Positions 18,595 to 28,373 of a stretch of 32,000 nt of DNA are shown here, piece by piece. The stretch is from Candidatus Arthromitus sp. SFB-rat-Yit (GTDB lineage Bacteria; Bacillota; Clostridia; Clostridiales; Clostridiaceae): contig NC_016012.1 of NCBI RefSeq assembly GCF_000283555.1, positions 600,001 to 632,000 on the forward strand, in the 5' to 3' direction. The position numbers and the translations under genes were made by a program. The notes under the pieces were generated by a model that saw only the letters and a list, made by a program, of their open reading frames with translations, ran no database searches and had not been told where the DNA came from. Each line of letters starts with the position of its first letter. Position 1 is the stretch's first letter.

Positions 18595-21147
18595 ATGAAT
18601 ATATCGATAGCTATTGATGGTCCAGCTAGTTCTGGGAAAAGTTCGATTGCGAAGTGTATTTCAGATAGATTTAATTTTAAGTTTATAAACACAGGACTTT
18701 TATATAGACTTACTACTTATATTTCCATAAAAGAGAATATAGATTTTGATTTGGAGGAAGGTAGATTAATAGAAATTATTAAAAATTCTAAGATTGATGT
18801 ACATAGTAATTATTTGGTTTATAATGGATTGATTTTGGGAGATGAACTGAGAACTCAAGAAATAGATAGTAAAGTATCCTTGGTATCATCAAAATCCAAT
18901 ATTAGAAGATTAATAAATGAAATTTTGAGATCGTTTAAGTCTGAAAATGGAATTGTTATGGATGGGCGTGATATTGGAACTGAAGTTTTAAAAGATGCCT
19001 GTCTTAAATTTTTTATAATAGCTGATCCGGATGTTAGAGCTAAGAGAAGATATGATCAGCTTGTTAAAAGTGGTGTTGATGTAGAATATAATAAAATATT
19101 AAATGAAATTGAAAAACGAGATAATATAGACTATAATAAAGAAGAAGGTCCTTTGAAAAAAGCAAATGATGCTAAAGTTATAGACACATCCAACTTAGAC
19201 TTTCAAGAGTCAGTTGACGAGGTTTCGAGAATAATTGTTGAATATATGATACCTAAGATGGAGTTTAAACAAGTTAGGGTTGCGGAAAATAATGGATTTT
19301 GTCACGGAGTTCTTAGAGCAGTAAATGAATTGGATAAGGTAGTTAAGAGTGATAATGATAAAAATATTAGTACTCTTGGGGAGATAATTCATAATAAACA
19401 GATTATAAATTATTTTTCTCGACAGAACGTTAAAATAGTTAATAAAGAAAACTTGGATACCTTGAAAGATGATAGGGATATTTTGGTAATAAGAGCACAT
19501 GGCATTCCTAGAGATGTTGAAGATGTTTTAATAACTAATTTTATAGAATATGTTGATGCTACTTGTGGTAGGGTTAAAGTTATACATAAAAAAGTAAGAG
19601 ATTATTATGAAAAAGGATATGACATTGTAATAGTTGGAAACAAAAATCATCCAGAAATTATTGGAGCTAATAGCTATTGTGATTATAATGCGAAATTCTT
19701 TTTTGAGGACAAACTTGATGGAGAAATTTTATCAGACAAAGTATGTGTTTTGTCACAGACAACAGAAAAGTATGAAAATTTTGAAAACGCAATAAAGTTG
19801 GTTAGTGAAAAATGTAAAGATGTTGTTTCCTTAAATACTATTTGTGATGCTACATATCTTAGGCAACGTGATGCAGCACAATTAGCAAAAGATGTAGATT
19901 TTATGATAATTGTTGGAGATAAATTAAGTTCTAATTCTAATAAATTATACGAGGTTTCGAAAAAATATTGTGAAAATTCTATAATAATTGAAAGGGCTTC
20001 CGATTTAAAAAGTGACATTTTAAATGAGATAATTACTAATTGTTACAAAGTTGGAATAACATCTGGGGCTTCAACGCCAGATTGGATTATGAAGGAGGTA
20101 ATTTTAATGATAGAAAATAGAACCGAAAACAATATAAAAATAGGAAAGTTGTTAAGAGGAAAAATAGAATCTATAGATGATAAAAATTTAGTTTTAAATG
20201 TTGATGAAAATTTAGAAGTAATTTTACCAATTGCAGAAATTAGTTTGGATGAGAGAAATAAATTTGGTGATACATTTAAGGTTGGAGAATACATAGATGG
20301 AAAAATTATTTCCCTAAGTAATTCAGATGGAAAAGTTGTATTATCTAGGCTTGAAGTTTTTAGAGAAAAATCCTTAGAAATCCTTAAAGAAAAGTTTAAT
20401 AATAGTGAGCGACTTTCTGTTATTGTTAAGGAAGATGTAAAAGGCGGAGTAATTGTTGAATTTAATAGTATTAAATTATTCGTGCCTGCTTCACATTTAG
20501 ATTTTATACATATAGAAAATTTAAATGAGTTTGTTGGTCGTGAATTAGAAGTTAAAGTTATTGAAATGAAAGAGGAAAAGAATCAATTTAAGATTATCGG
20601 TTCAAGAAGAGCTGTTTTAGAAGAGGAGAAAAAGATCAGAGAGAATGAAATTTGGAAAAGTTTAGTTCTTGGTGATGTTGTTGATTGTGAAGTAAAAAGA
20701 ATAAATACATTTGGTGCATTTGTTGATGTAAATGGTGTAGATGGCTTGTTGCATATTTCTGAAATATCTTGGGGTAGAATAGATAAAGTAAGTGATGTTT
20801 TAAATATTGGTGATAAGATAAAAGTTAAGATAATTGATCTTGATAGAGAAAACAGAAAATTATCTCTAAGCATGAAAGTGTTGCAAGATGATCCATGGTC
20901 AAATGTTGATGAGAAATATCCTATTGGAGCAGTTGTGCTTGGTAAAGTTGTTAGATTTGCTGAGTTTGGAGCTTTTGTTGAGTTGGAGCCAAGCATAGAT
21001 GGATTGGTTCATATATCACAGATCAGTCATAAAAGAGTTAATGATATATCTGACTTTTTACAAATAGGACAAGAAGTTAAGGCCAAGATCGTTGAGATAA
21101 ATAAGGAAAATAAGAGAATAGAGTTAAGTATAAAAGTTATAGAGTAA
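18595..21147 (+). CDS. Three-domain fusion: cytidylate kinase + 4-hydroxy-3-methylbut-2-enyl diphosphate reductase (IspH) + S1-domain protein
   Basis: Cmk: IAIDGPASSGKSS, MDGRDIGTEV. IspH: ENNGFCHGVLRAV, GEIIHNKQ, DATCGRV, TICDATYLRQ, VGITSGASTPDW. These are followed by four S1-like repeats such as GAFVDVNGVDGLLHISEISWG. One uninterrupted frame. Confidence 0.95.
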   Translation: MNISIAIDGPASSGKSSIAKCISDRFNFKFINTGLLYRLTTYISIKENIDFDLEEGRLIEIIKNSKIDVHSNYLVYNGLILGDELRTQEIDSKVSLVSSKSNIRRLINEILRSFKSENGIVMDGRDIGTEVLKDACLKFFIIADPDVRAKRRYDQLVKSGVDVEYNKILNEIEKRDNIDYNKEEGPLKKANDAKVIDTSNLDFQESVDEVSRIIVEYMIPKMEFKQVRVAENNGFCHGVLRAVNELDKVVKSDNDKNISTLGEIIHNKQIINYFSRQNVKIVNKENLDTLKDDRDILVIRAHGIPRDVEDVLITNFIEYVDATCGRVKVIHKKVRDYYEKGYDIVIVGNKNHPEIIGANSYCDYNAKFFFEDKLDGEILSDKVCVLSQTTEKYENFENAIKLVSEKCKDVVSLNTICDATYLRQRDAAQLAKDVDFMIIVGDKLSSNSNKLYEVSKKYCENSIIIERASDLKSDILNEIITNCYKVGITSGASTPDWIMKEVILMIENRTENNIKIGKLLRGKIESIDDKNLVLNVDENLEVILPIAEISLDERNKFGDTFKVGEYIDGKIISLSNSDGKVVLSRLEVFREKSLEILKEKFNNSERLSVIVKEDVKGGVIVEFNSIKLFVPASHLDFIHIENLNEFVGRELEVKVIEMKEEKNQFKIIGSRRAVLEEEKKIRENEIWKSLVLGDVVDCEVKRINTFGAFVDVNGVDGLLHISEISWGRIDKVSDVLNIGDKIKVKIIDLDRENRKLSLSMKVLQDDPWSNVDEKYPIGAVVLGKVVRFAEFGAFVELEPSIDGLVHISQISHKRVNDISDFLQIGQEVKAKIVEINKENKRIELSIKVIE

Positions 21148-21153
21148 ATTAAG

Positions 21154-21186
21154 ACTTAAGGGCTTGATGTCCTTAAGTTTTTTTTA
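21154..21186 (+). terminator. Intrinsic terminator
   Basis: acttaagg-gcttgatgt-ccttaagt followed by tttttttt. Confidence 0.88.
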
Positions 21187-21206
21187 TGATAAGGGGTGTA
21201 TTTTGT

Positions 21207-21791
21207 TTGGCAAAAAAATTTTATGCAATTAAGAAAGGATATAAGATAGGTATATTTGAAAGCTGGGATGAATGCAAAAAAAATATAGATGGATATTCTG
21301 GTGCCGTTTATAAAAGTTTTAAAACGCTTGATGAGGCGGAAAAATTTTTGAATGACAATGAAAAAAGTTTTGATTCAACTAATTTGATTGCTTACGTTGA
21401 CGGAAGCTACAACTCAGATACGAAAGAATATTCATATGGGATGGTTATAATAAATGGCGATCATGAGGAACATTTTTGTGAGAAGTTTGATGATAAAGAA
21501 ATGTGTGAAATGAGAAATGTTGCAGGAGAGATTATGGGATCAATGAGTGCGATGAAGTATTGTTTAGAAAATAATTTTCAAAGTATTACAATTTGTTATG
21601 ACTACGAAGGAATAGAGAAATGGTGTAAGGGATATTGGAAAGCAAATAAGAGTGGAACTCAAAATTATAAGAGATATTACGATAGAGTTAAAGATCAAAT
21701 ACATATTGTTTTTAGAAAGGTTAGGGCTCATTCCGGAGATAAGTATAATGATTTAGCTGATAAATTGGCTAAGAAAGCATTAGACATTTAA
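21207..21791 (+). CDS. Ribonuclease H with N-terminal viroplasmin-like domain
   Basis: AKKFYAIKKGYKIGIFESWDECKKNIDGYSGAVYKSFKTLDEAEKFL N-terminal domain, then LIAYVDGSYNSDTKEYSYG ... KVRAHSGDKYNDLADKLAKKAL. TTG start at 21207. Confidence 0.92.
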   Translation: MAKKFYAIKKGYKIGIFESWDECKKNIDGYSGAVYKSFKTLDEAEKFLNDNEKSFDSTNLIAYVDGSYNSDTKEYSYGMVIINGDHEEHFCEKFDDKEMCEMRNVAGEIMGSMSAMKYCLENNFQSITICYDYEGIEKWCKGYWKANKSGTQNYKRYYDRVKDQIHIVFRKVRAHSGDKYNDLADKLAKKALDI

Positions 21792-21869
21792 AAATTTGAT
21801 GCAATTGTTTTTTAATCATTGTATAATGGTTGAAATATATAAGCAAAGAAGATAAGGAGTGTGGATTAC

Positions 21870-22985
21870 ATGGCGAGAATTATTAAAAATGCATATACTT
21901 TTGATGATGTTTTATTGGTACCAAATAGGTCGGAGATTTTGCCAAATCAAGTTAGTTTAAGAACAAATCTTACTCGGAAAATATCTCTTAATATACCTCT
22001 AATGAGTGCTAGTATGGATACTGTTACAGAGAGTAAAATGGCTATAGCTATGGCTATGAATGGAGGTATAGGAATACTTCATAAAAATATGTCAATTGAG
22101 AAACAAGGTAAACAGTTAGAAATTGTTAAAAATTATGATGGAAAAAAACTAGAGGTATCTTCTTTAGATAGTAAGGGAAGGCTTTTATGCGGTGCATCAA
22201 TTGGAGTTACTTCAGATATGCTTGATAGAGTTAAAGAACTTGTGAGTAAAGAAGTTGATGTTTTGGTTTTAGACACGGCTCATGGGCATTCAAAAGGTGT
22301 AATAGAGGAAGTATCTATCATAAAACAATTGTATCCAGATGTTCAAATAATTGCTGGAAACATAGCTACAAGTGAAGCTGTATATGATTTAGTTCATGCT
22401 GGTGCAGATGCTGTTAAAGTGGGGATAGGTCCTGGGTCAATATGTACAACTAGAATAGTTGCAGGAGTTGGAGTCCCACAGCTTACTGCCATAATGGATT
22501 GTTCAGAAGAAGCTATTAATCATAATATACCTTTAATTGCGGATGGTGGAATTAAATATTCTGGTGATATTGTTAAAGCATTAGCAGCTGGTGCAAGTGT
22601 AGTTATGCTGGGTTCTATTTTTGCTGGGTGTGACGAAGCACCTGGTGAAAAAGTTGTGTTTGGTGAAAGAATATATAAATCATATAGAGGAATGGGATCT
22701 CTTGGTGCAATGAATGATGGATCAAGTGATAGATACTTCCAAAATGGAAGTAAAAAATTTGTTCCTGAAGGAATTGAAGGCGTTGTTCCATATAAAGGTG
22801 AGGTTAGTGAAATAATTTATCAGTTAATCGGAGGGATAAAATCAGGAATGGGTTATCTTGGATCTGCAGATATTAAAACCTTATTTAATAATTCAAGATT
22901 TGTTGTACAAACTTCCTCAGGCATAAAAGAAAGTCATCCACATGATATAAGCTTAATGAAAGACGCTCCAAATTATACAAATTAA
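21870..22985 (+). CDS. guaB: IMP dehydrogenase catalytic domain without CBS domains
   Basis: [41 protein letters not shown] and [10 protein letters not shown]. The CBS-pair region is replaced by a short linker ([28 protein letters not shown]). Confidence 0.95.
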   Translation: MARIIKNAYTFDDVLLVPNRSEILPNQVSLRTNLTRKISLNIPLMSASMDTVTESKMAIAMAMNGGIGILHKNMSIEKQGKQLEIVKNYDGKKLEVSSLDSKGRLLCGASIGVTSDMLDRVKELVSKEVDVLVLDTAHGHSKGVIEEVSIIKQLYPDVQIIAGNIATSEAVYDLVHAGADAVKVGIGPGSICTTRIVAGVGVPQLTAIMDCSEEAINHNIPLIADGGIKYSGDIVKALAAGASVVMLGSIFAGCDEAPGEKVVFGERIYKSYRGMGSLGAMNDGSSDRYFQNGSKKFVPEGIEGVVPYKGEVSEIIYQLIGGIKSGMGYLGSADIKTLFNNSRFVVQTSSGIKESHPHDISLMKDAPNYTN

Positions 22986-23026
22986 AAGATAATAAATAAA
23001 TTTGAAAGTATTATTATATTTTTATA

Positions 23027-23055
23027 TTGACTTTTTTAACCAATGATTTTAAGAT
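23027..23055 (+). promoter_or_regulatory. Putative sigma-A promoter of the riboswitch-permease transcript
   Basis: TTGACT - 17 nt - TAAGAT, about 20 nt upstream of the riboswitch. Confidence 0.6.
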
Positions 23056-23075
23056 TAAACTATTGGTATTGGATT

Positions 23076-23146
23076 ATCCCGTATAAACTCGATAATATGG
23101 TTCGAAAGTCTCTACCTACTTACCTTAAATGAGTAGACTACGGGTC
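23076..23146 (+). promoter_or_regulatory. Purine riboswitch, guanine/hypoxanthine type
   Basis: cccgtataaactcgataatatggttcgaaagtctctacctacttaccttaaatgagtagactacggg contains the P1 pairing (cccgta/tacggg), the ATATGG loop, the GTCTCTACC core and a CTTAAAT-like L3. The J3/2 cytosine (gaCtac) indicates guanine rather than adenine. Confidence 0.92.
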
Positions 23147-23203
23147 GTAATTAAATTGATAGGTTTAAATTTTGTTTTTATATTGATTTATCATGATAAT
23201 TAG

Positions 23204-23255
23204 GGACTTTCAACTTTTTAGCTGATAGTCCCATATTATATTTTTTACTAAATTA
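23204..23255 (+). terminator. Possible expression-platform terminator of the riboswitch
   Basis: gggact...agtccc stem followed by atattatatttttt. Confidence 0.5.
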
Positions 23256-23291
23256 ATTATTAAATAAAATTAATTGGAGGTATTATTTTCT

Positions 23292-24590
23292 ATGCTGAAT
23301 AAGTTTTTCAAACTAGAGGAACACAATACAACGGTATTTAAAGAGTTTGTTGGAGGATTGACAACATTTCTCTCTATGGCTTACATAATTTTCGTTAATC
23401 CAAATATTTTATCTGTTACTGGTATGGATCGAGGAGCAGTATTTACAGCAACAATTTTAGCCGCAGCAATTGGAACTTTAATTATGGGTTTGCATGCTAA
23501 TTTCCCTGTAGCTCTTGCTCCTGGAATGGGATTAAATGCATTTTTCGCTTATACAGTTGTATTAATATTAGGTTATACTTGGCAACAAGCTTTAGCAGGA
23601 ATATTTATATCAGGAATTTTATTTATGATATTATCCTTAACTGGTTTGAGAGAAAAAATAATTAATAGTATTCCTACATCTTTGAAGCATGCAGTTGGAA
23701 CTGGTATTGGATTTTTTATTGCATTTCTAGGATTTCAAAATTCACAAATTATTGTAAATAATGATTCAACATTAGTTGGATTAGGTAATTTTACAGATTT
23801 TAATGTATTGATTGCAATTATTGGATTAATCATAACTCTTGTATTGATGGTTAAAAAAATTCCAGCAGCTATATTTATCGGTATGATTGTTACAGCAATT
23901 ATTGGAATATTTTTGGGAGTTGTTGATTTGCCACAACAAATTATCGCACCGATACCTTCTATAAGCCAAACTTTTGGCGCACTATTTGAAGCCCTACCTA
24001 CTATTTTCACAGGAGATATTATATTAGTTATATTTTCATTTTTGTTTATAGATTTTTTCGATACAGCAGGAACGTTAATGGCTGTCGGATTTAGAGCAGG
24101 ATTTGTAAATGAAAAGGGAGAATTAATGAGAGCTGATAAAGCTTTGTTAGCTGATTCAACAGCAACGGTAATTGGATCAATTTTAGGAACATCTTCTACA
24201 ACATCTTTTGTTGAGTCTTTGGCAGGTGTTGAAGCCGGTGCTAAAACTGGACTTGCATCTGTATTTACATCGATATTTTTCTTGCTTATGTTGTTTTGTT
24301 CGGGACTTTTAACAGTTGTTACACCTGCGATTACTGCTCCAGCACTTATTACAGTTGGTATTTTGATGGCATCATCATTGAGTAATATTGAGTGGAATAA
24401 AATCGAGATAGCGATTCCAGCATTTATGACTATTATTATGATGGTACTTGGATATTCTATATCTGAAGGTATTGCATCAGGATTTGTTTTATATCCAATT
24501 ACAATGTGGGCAGCTGGTAGAAGAAAAGAAGTTCATCCTATAATGTGGCTACTTACCATAATCTTCTTAGTGCATTTTATATTTTTATAA
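23292..24590 (+). CDS. NCS2-family guanine/hypoxanthine permease (PbuG/AzgA-like)
   Basis: [51 protein letters not shown] and [20 protein letters not shown] at 23292 after ttggagg. Confidence 0.93.
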   Translation: MLNKFFKLEEHNTTVFKEFVGGLTTFLSMAYIIFVNPNILSVTGMDRGAVFTATILAAAIGTLIMGLHANFPVALAPGMGLNAFFAYTVVLILGYTWQQALAGIFISGILFMILSLTGLREKIINSIPTSLKHAVGTGIGFFIAFLGFQNSQIIVNNDSTLVGLGNFTDFNVLIAIIGLIITLVLMVKKIPAAIFIGMIVTAIIGIFLGVVDLPQQIIAPIPSISQTFGALFEALPTIFTGDIILVIFSFLFIDFFDTAGTLMAVGFRAGFVNEKGELMRADKALLADSTATVIGSILGTSSTTSFVESLAGVEAGAKTGLASVFTSIFFLLMLFCSGLLTVVTPAITAPALITVGILMASSLSNIEWNKIEIAIPAFMTIIMMVLGYSISEGIASGFVLYPITMWAAGRRKEVHPIMWLLTIIFLVHFIFL

Positions 24591-24628
24591 TTAAATTAGT
24601 AAAGAAATATTTTATTAGGAGTGATCAA

Positions 24629-26161
24629 ATGAAGAGTGATCAAGTGGTAGTTATTGATTTTGGAAGTCAATATAATCAATTAATTTGTCGACGTATTAGG
24701 GAACTTGGAGTTTATAGTGAGTTAAAATCTCATAAAATAATGGCACAAGATATTAAGAAATTGACAAATGTTAAAGGTATTATATTAAGCGGTAGTCCAA
24801 ATACTGTTACGGATAAAGATTCATTTGGTATGGATCCAGAAATACTTAATCTCGGAATACCTGTTATGGGGATTTGTTATGGGATGCAACTTATAACGTA
24901 TATGAATGGTGGAATTGTTGAAAAAGCATCTGAGAGAGAGTATGGAAAAACTGAAATTAAAACTAATAAAGATGGGATTTTTGAAAACCTCCCAGAAGAT
25001 CAAATTGTTTGGATGAGTCATGGGTATCATGTTAAAACTTTACCTTTAGGTTTTAAAGTTAGTGCTAGCAGTGAATCTTGTCCAATTGCTGGAGCATTCA
25101 ATGAAGATAAGAATATACATTTAGTTCAATTCCACCCAGAGGTTGAACATTCTGTGTATGGAACTGAAATTTTAAAGAATTTTATATTTAAGATCTGTAA
25201 GGCTGAAGCAAATTGGTCAATGAGTAATTTTGTTGAGGATCAAATTGTTAATATAAGAGAGCAGGTTGGAGATAAAAAAGTTTTGTGTGCTCTTAGTGGA
25301 GGGGTTGATTCTTCTGTTGTTGCAGCACTCATTTATAAAGCTATTGGTAATCAATTATTATGTATGTTTATTGATAATGGACTTCTTCGTGAAGGGGAGG
25401 CTCAGTCAGTTGTTGATACTTTTGATGGAAAATTCAAAATGAATTTTGTTAAAGTTGATGCTCAGGAGAGATTTTTAAATAAATTAAAGGGAGTTTCTGA
25501 CCCTGAACAAAAACGCAAGATCATAGGTAATGAATTTGTATTTTGTTTTGAAGAAGAAACATCGAAGTTAAACGATTTTGAATTTTTGGCTCAGGGGACT
25601 CTCTACACTGATGTTATAGAGTCAGGAACTAGTACAGCACAAACAATAAAATCCCATCATAATGTTGGCGGACTTCCAGAAAACATGAAATTTAAATTGA
25701 TTGAACCATTAAATACGCTTTTTAAAGATGAGGTTAGGGAACTTGGATTGGAACTTGGATTGCCTGAGAGCATTGTTTATCGCCAGCCATTCCCAGGACC
25801 AGGGCTCGGTATAAGGGTCATTGGAGAAGTTACAGAAGAAAAACTTAAAATATTAAAACAAGCAGATAAAATTTTAAGAGATGAAATTGAAAAGGCAGGT
25901 CTTAATAGAGAGATATGGCAATATTTTGCTTGTCTGACAAATATGAAGTCCGTTGGTGTTATGGGCGATGAAAGAACTTATAGTTATACAGTTGCTTTGA
26001 GAGCTGTTATATCAAGTGATGGAATGACTTCGGATTGGGCGAGAATTCCGTATGAAGTTCTTGATGTTATTTCAAGACGTATAGTTAATGAGGTTAATGA
26101 TGTGAATAGGATTGTTTATGATATTACTTCAAAACCACCATCAACAATAGAATTTGAATAA
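24629..26161 (+). CDS. guaA: GMP synthase (glutamine-hydrolysing)
   Basis: [57 protein letters not shown] and [12 protein letters not shown] at 24629 after ttaggagtg. Confidence 0.98.
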   Translation: MKSDQVVVIDFGSQYNQLICRRIRELGVYSELKSHKIMAQDIKKLTNVKGIILSGSPNTVTDKDSFGMDPEILNLGIPVMGICYGMQLITYMNGGIVEKASEREYGKTEIKTNKDGIFENLPEDQIVWMSHGYHVKTLPLGFKVSASSESCPIAGAFNEDKNIHLVQFHPEVEHSVYGTEILKNFIFKICKAEANWSMSNFVEDQIVNIREQVGDKKVLCALSGGVDSSVVAALIYKAIGNQLLCMFIDNGLLREGEAQSVVDTFDGKFKMNFVKVDAQERFLNKLKGVSDPEQKRKIIGNEFVFCFEEETSKLNDFEFLAQGTLYTDVIESGTSTAQTIKSHHNVGGLPENMKFKLIEPLNTLFKDEVRELGLELGLPESIVYRQPFPGPGLGIRVIGEVTEEKLKILKQADKILRDEIEKAGLNREIWQYFACLTNMKSVGVMGDERTYSYTVALRAVISSDGMTSDWARIPYEVLDVISRRIVNEVNDVNRIVYDITSKPPSTIEFE

Positions 26162-26167
26162 AAAATT

Positions 26168-26206
26168 TGCCGAGTAATGTTATGTTACTCGGCATTATTA
26201 TTTATT
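26168..26206. terminator. Intrinsic terminator between convergent guaA and the lipoprotein gene
   Basis: tgccgagtaa-tgttatg-ttactcggca with flanking T/A-rich tracts. Confidence 0.8.
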
Positions 26207-26732
26207 TAACATCGTTTATTATTTCTACTAATGGTTCTATATCTAGAGGATTATTTGTTGTAATGGAAAATGTATGATTTCCACTTGTCCAAGTTGCTAC
26301 ACTAACTTTTCCATTATTTCCTTTTGTTGTTATTTCCAAATTGTTTAAAGAAAGTTTGTTAATTTCTTTATAATTATTGTAATCGCCACTTATGTCTTCA
26401 GTCCCAAATGCTTTTCGAATAGATAGGGTATTATCATTTGCGTTAGAGTTTTTGTTGTAATAAATTGTTTGAATTGTTTTTGTACTAATAACTGAATATT
26501 TTTTGTCTTCATATCCATCGATTGTGTCAGGTACAGAAAATTCAAAATTGCATGCTTTTACAGCTTCTTCAAGAGTTTCATATTCTACTATTGGATTAGG
26601 TAATTGAACATTTTCATTATTTGATATAACGGTGTTGTTATTTGATATGTCTTTATTTTTATTTGAACTGCCACAAGATGCTATAGTAATTGAAATTAAT
26701 GCACATATGATAGGTAAAGCTAATTTTTTCAT
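26202..26732 (-). CDS. Hypothetical lipoprotein
   Basis: MKKLALPIICALISITIASCGSSN signal peptide with lipobox. The remainder matches nothing I recognise. Confidence 0.75.
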   Translation of the reverse strand: MKKLALPIICALISITIASCGSSNKNKDISNNNTVISNNENVQLPNPIVEYETLEEAVKACNFEFSVPDTIDGYEDKKYSVISTKTIQTIYYNKNSNANDNTLSIRKAFGTEDISGDYNNYKEINKLSLNNLEITTKGNNGKVSVATWTSGNHTFSITTNNPLDIEPLVEIINDVK

Positions 26733-26859
26733 ATTTGTTTTACTTCCTTGTGTTAAAAAAATATAAACTGTTTACTGGGATGTATTATATATAAAATTTT
26801 TTAAAAAGTCTATTGTAAATCTTTCTTAATTTTCCAATAAATAATCTAAAGTCTCGCAC

Positions 26860-26900
26860 ATAAGGAAATAAAAATTGGAACAACTTAATTATAAGGAAAT
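26860..26900 (+). repeat. Two direct copies of ATAAGGAAAT in the flagellin leader
   Basis: Exact copies at 26860-26869 and 26891-26900, upstream of the agaggt Shine-Dalgarno. Confidence 0.75.
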
Positions 26901-26923
26901 GAATTTTTAGAGGTATTAAGATT

Positions 26924-28111
26924 ATGATAATAAATAACAATATTAATGCGATGAATGCACATAGAAATATGGCTAATATAACAGTCACTCAAGGAAAGTC
27001 AATGGAAAAATTGAGTTCGGGATTAAGGATAAATAAAGCATCAGATGATTCAGCAGGTCTTGCAATTTCTGAAAATATGAGATCACAAATAAGAGGACTT
27101 AATCAGTCGTATAGAAATGCACAAGATGGAATTTCGATGATTCAGATAGCTGAAGGAGCATTATCTGAAACTCATTCAATTGGGCAGAGAATGAGGGAGC
27201 TTGCAGTTCAATCAGCAAACGGAAGTTACACAGATGAGGATAGAAAATTGATAAATGAAGAGTTTAAAAATTTAAAATCTGAGATTGATAGAATTTCAGA
27301 GGATACAGAATTTAATGGTAATAAGATTATTAATGGAAATATTTCGGGAAAAGAAATTAAGACTTGTGATAATAGTAAAGTTCAGATTACTGGAGATGTT
27401 ACAGATCCCAACAAAATTAGTCAAGTAATGAAAGAAGTAGATCCAGATGAGCTATCAAAACTTGGAGAGGGAACATTTGACTTAATACTTACTAAAAATA
27501 AATTTGATGTAACAATTAGTATAGTGGATAGATCACATTTCAATGGCGGTAAGCCATATGTTATGGATAGTGTATTTATAGAGAATCCTACAAATATTGA
27601 AGTTGTAAAATTAGCTGGTATTAATTTGAAGTTTAATAATATACAGGCTACTTCTCCACACCTTACTAGTGGAAAGGAAATGAAAATTTCTTTTTCAAAC
27701 GATGCTAAAAAAATATCTAATGGGGTTGATTTCCAAATAGGTGCAAATGAAGGTCAAATGGTTGGACTTAATATTGAAAATATGAGAAGCCGTGAACTTG
27801 GACTTGGTGGGATTGATGTATCAACAATAGAAAACTCAAAAGAGGCGATTGAAAGGTTAGATATAGCAATTTTTAGAGTATCTGATCAAAGGGCTAATCT
27901 AGGGGCTATGCAAAATAGACTTGAACATACTTTGTCATCAGTTGGGAACACTGCAGAGAATTTACAAGCAGCGGAATCAAGAATAAGGGATGTTGATATG
28001 GCAAAAGAGATGATGAATTTAACAAAATTAAATATTCTTCAACAAGCATCTCAATCGATGCTTGCACAAGCAAATCAGTTGCCTCAACAAGTTATGTCGA
28101 TTTTAAAATAA
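26924..28111 (+). CDS. Flagellin
   Basis: MIINNNINAMNAHRNMANITVTQGKSMEKLSSGLRINKASDDSAGLAISENMRSQIRGLNQ and C-terminal LGAMQNRLEHTLSSVGNTAENLQAAESRIRDVDMAKEMMNLTK. Confidence 0.97.
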   Translation: MIINNNINAMNAHRNMANITVTQGKSMEKLSSGLRINKASDDSAGLAISENMRSQIRGLNQSYRNAQDGISMIQIAEGALSETHSIGQRMRELAVQSANGSYTDEDRKLINEEFKNLKSEIDRISEDTEFNGNKIINGNISGKEIKTCDNSKVQITGDVTDPNKISQVMKEVDPDELSKLGEGTFDLILTKNKFDVTISIVDRSHFNGGKPYVMDSVFIENPTNIEVVKLAGINLKFNNIQATSPHLTSGKEMKISFSNDAKKISNGVDFQIGANEGQMVGLNIENMRSRELGLGGIDVSTIENSKEAIERLDIAIFRVSDQRANLGAMQNRLEHTLSSVGNTAENLQAAESRIRDVDMAKEMMNLTKLNILQQASQSMLAQANQLPQQVMSILK

Positions 28112-28373
28112 TAAAACTATCTCCTTTTTAGATTCTTAAATATTTAATCAGAATGTCATTAGGATAACATAACATAATTCTACATTTTTTTGTAAATTTA
28201 ATATAGACAATAAAAACAATTTTATATTAAAATGTACATATAACGATTTAATTTTGGCATTTTGATTGAAAAACATAATGATTCTTTACGTTTTTTTAAT
28301 GTAGTTTTTAATAAATAGTTTTTACAGCTATTTATTTTAAAATATAAACCATTATATAAAAAGGAGATAAATT

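Noticed and set aside
19210-20294. Three minus-strand ORFs (19210-19500, 19683-20018, 20043-20294)
   Set aside because: All are antisense to the conserved IspH/S1 coding sequence and show no recognisable domains or start signals.
20583-20996. 137-aa minus-strand ORF inside the fusion gene
   Set aside because: It is fully antisense to well-conserved S1 repeats and its Ser/Thr/Ile-rich composition mirrors the coding strand.
23735-25030. Minus-strand ORFs 23735-24010 and 24821-25030
   Set aside because: They are antisense to the purine permease and guaA and have no homology signal.
26816-26840. Possible sigma-D (flagellar) promoter TAAA-N13-TCCAATAA before flagellin
   Set aside because: The -10 match to GCCGATAA is partial and the spacer is shorter than the usual 15 nt, so it is not supported enough to call.
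26785-26988. 67-aa hydrophobic minus-strand ORF overlapping the flagellin start
   Set aside because: It covers the A/T-rich flagellin leader and N-terminus in antisense, has no supporting RBS or homology, and is typical of the apparent hydrophobic ORFs antisense to AT-rich sequence.
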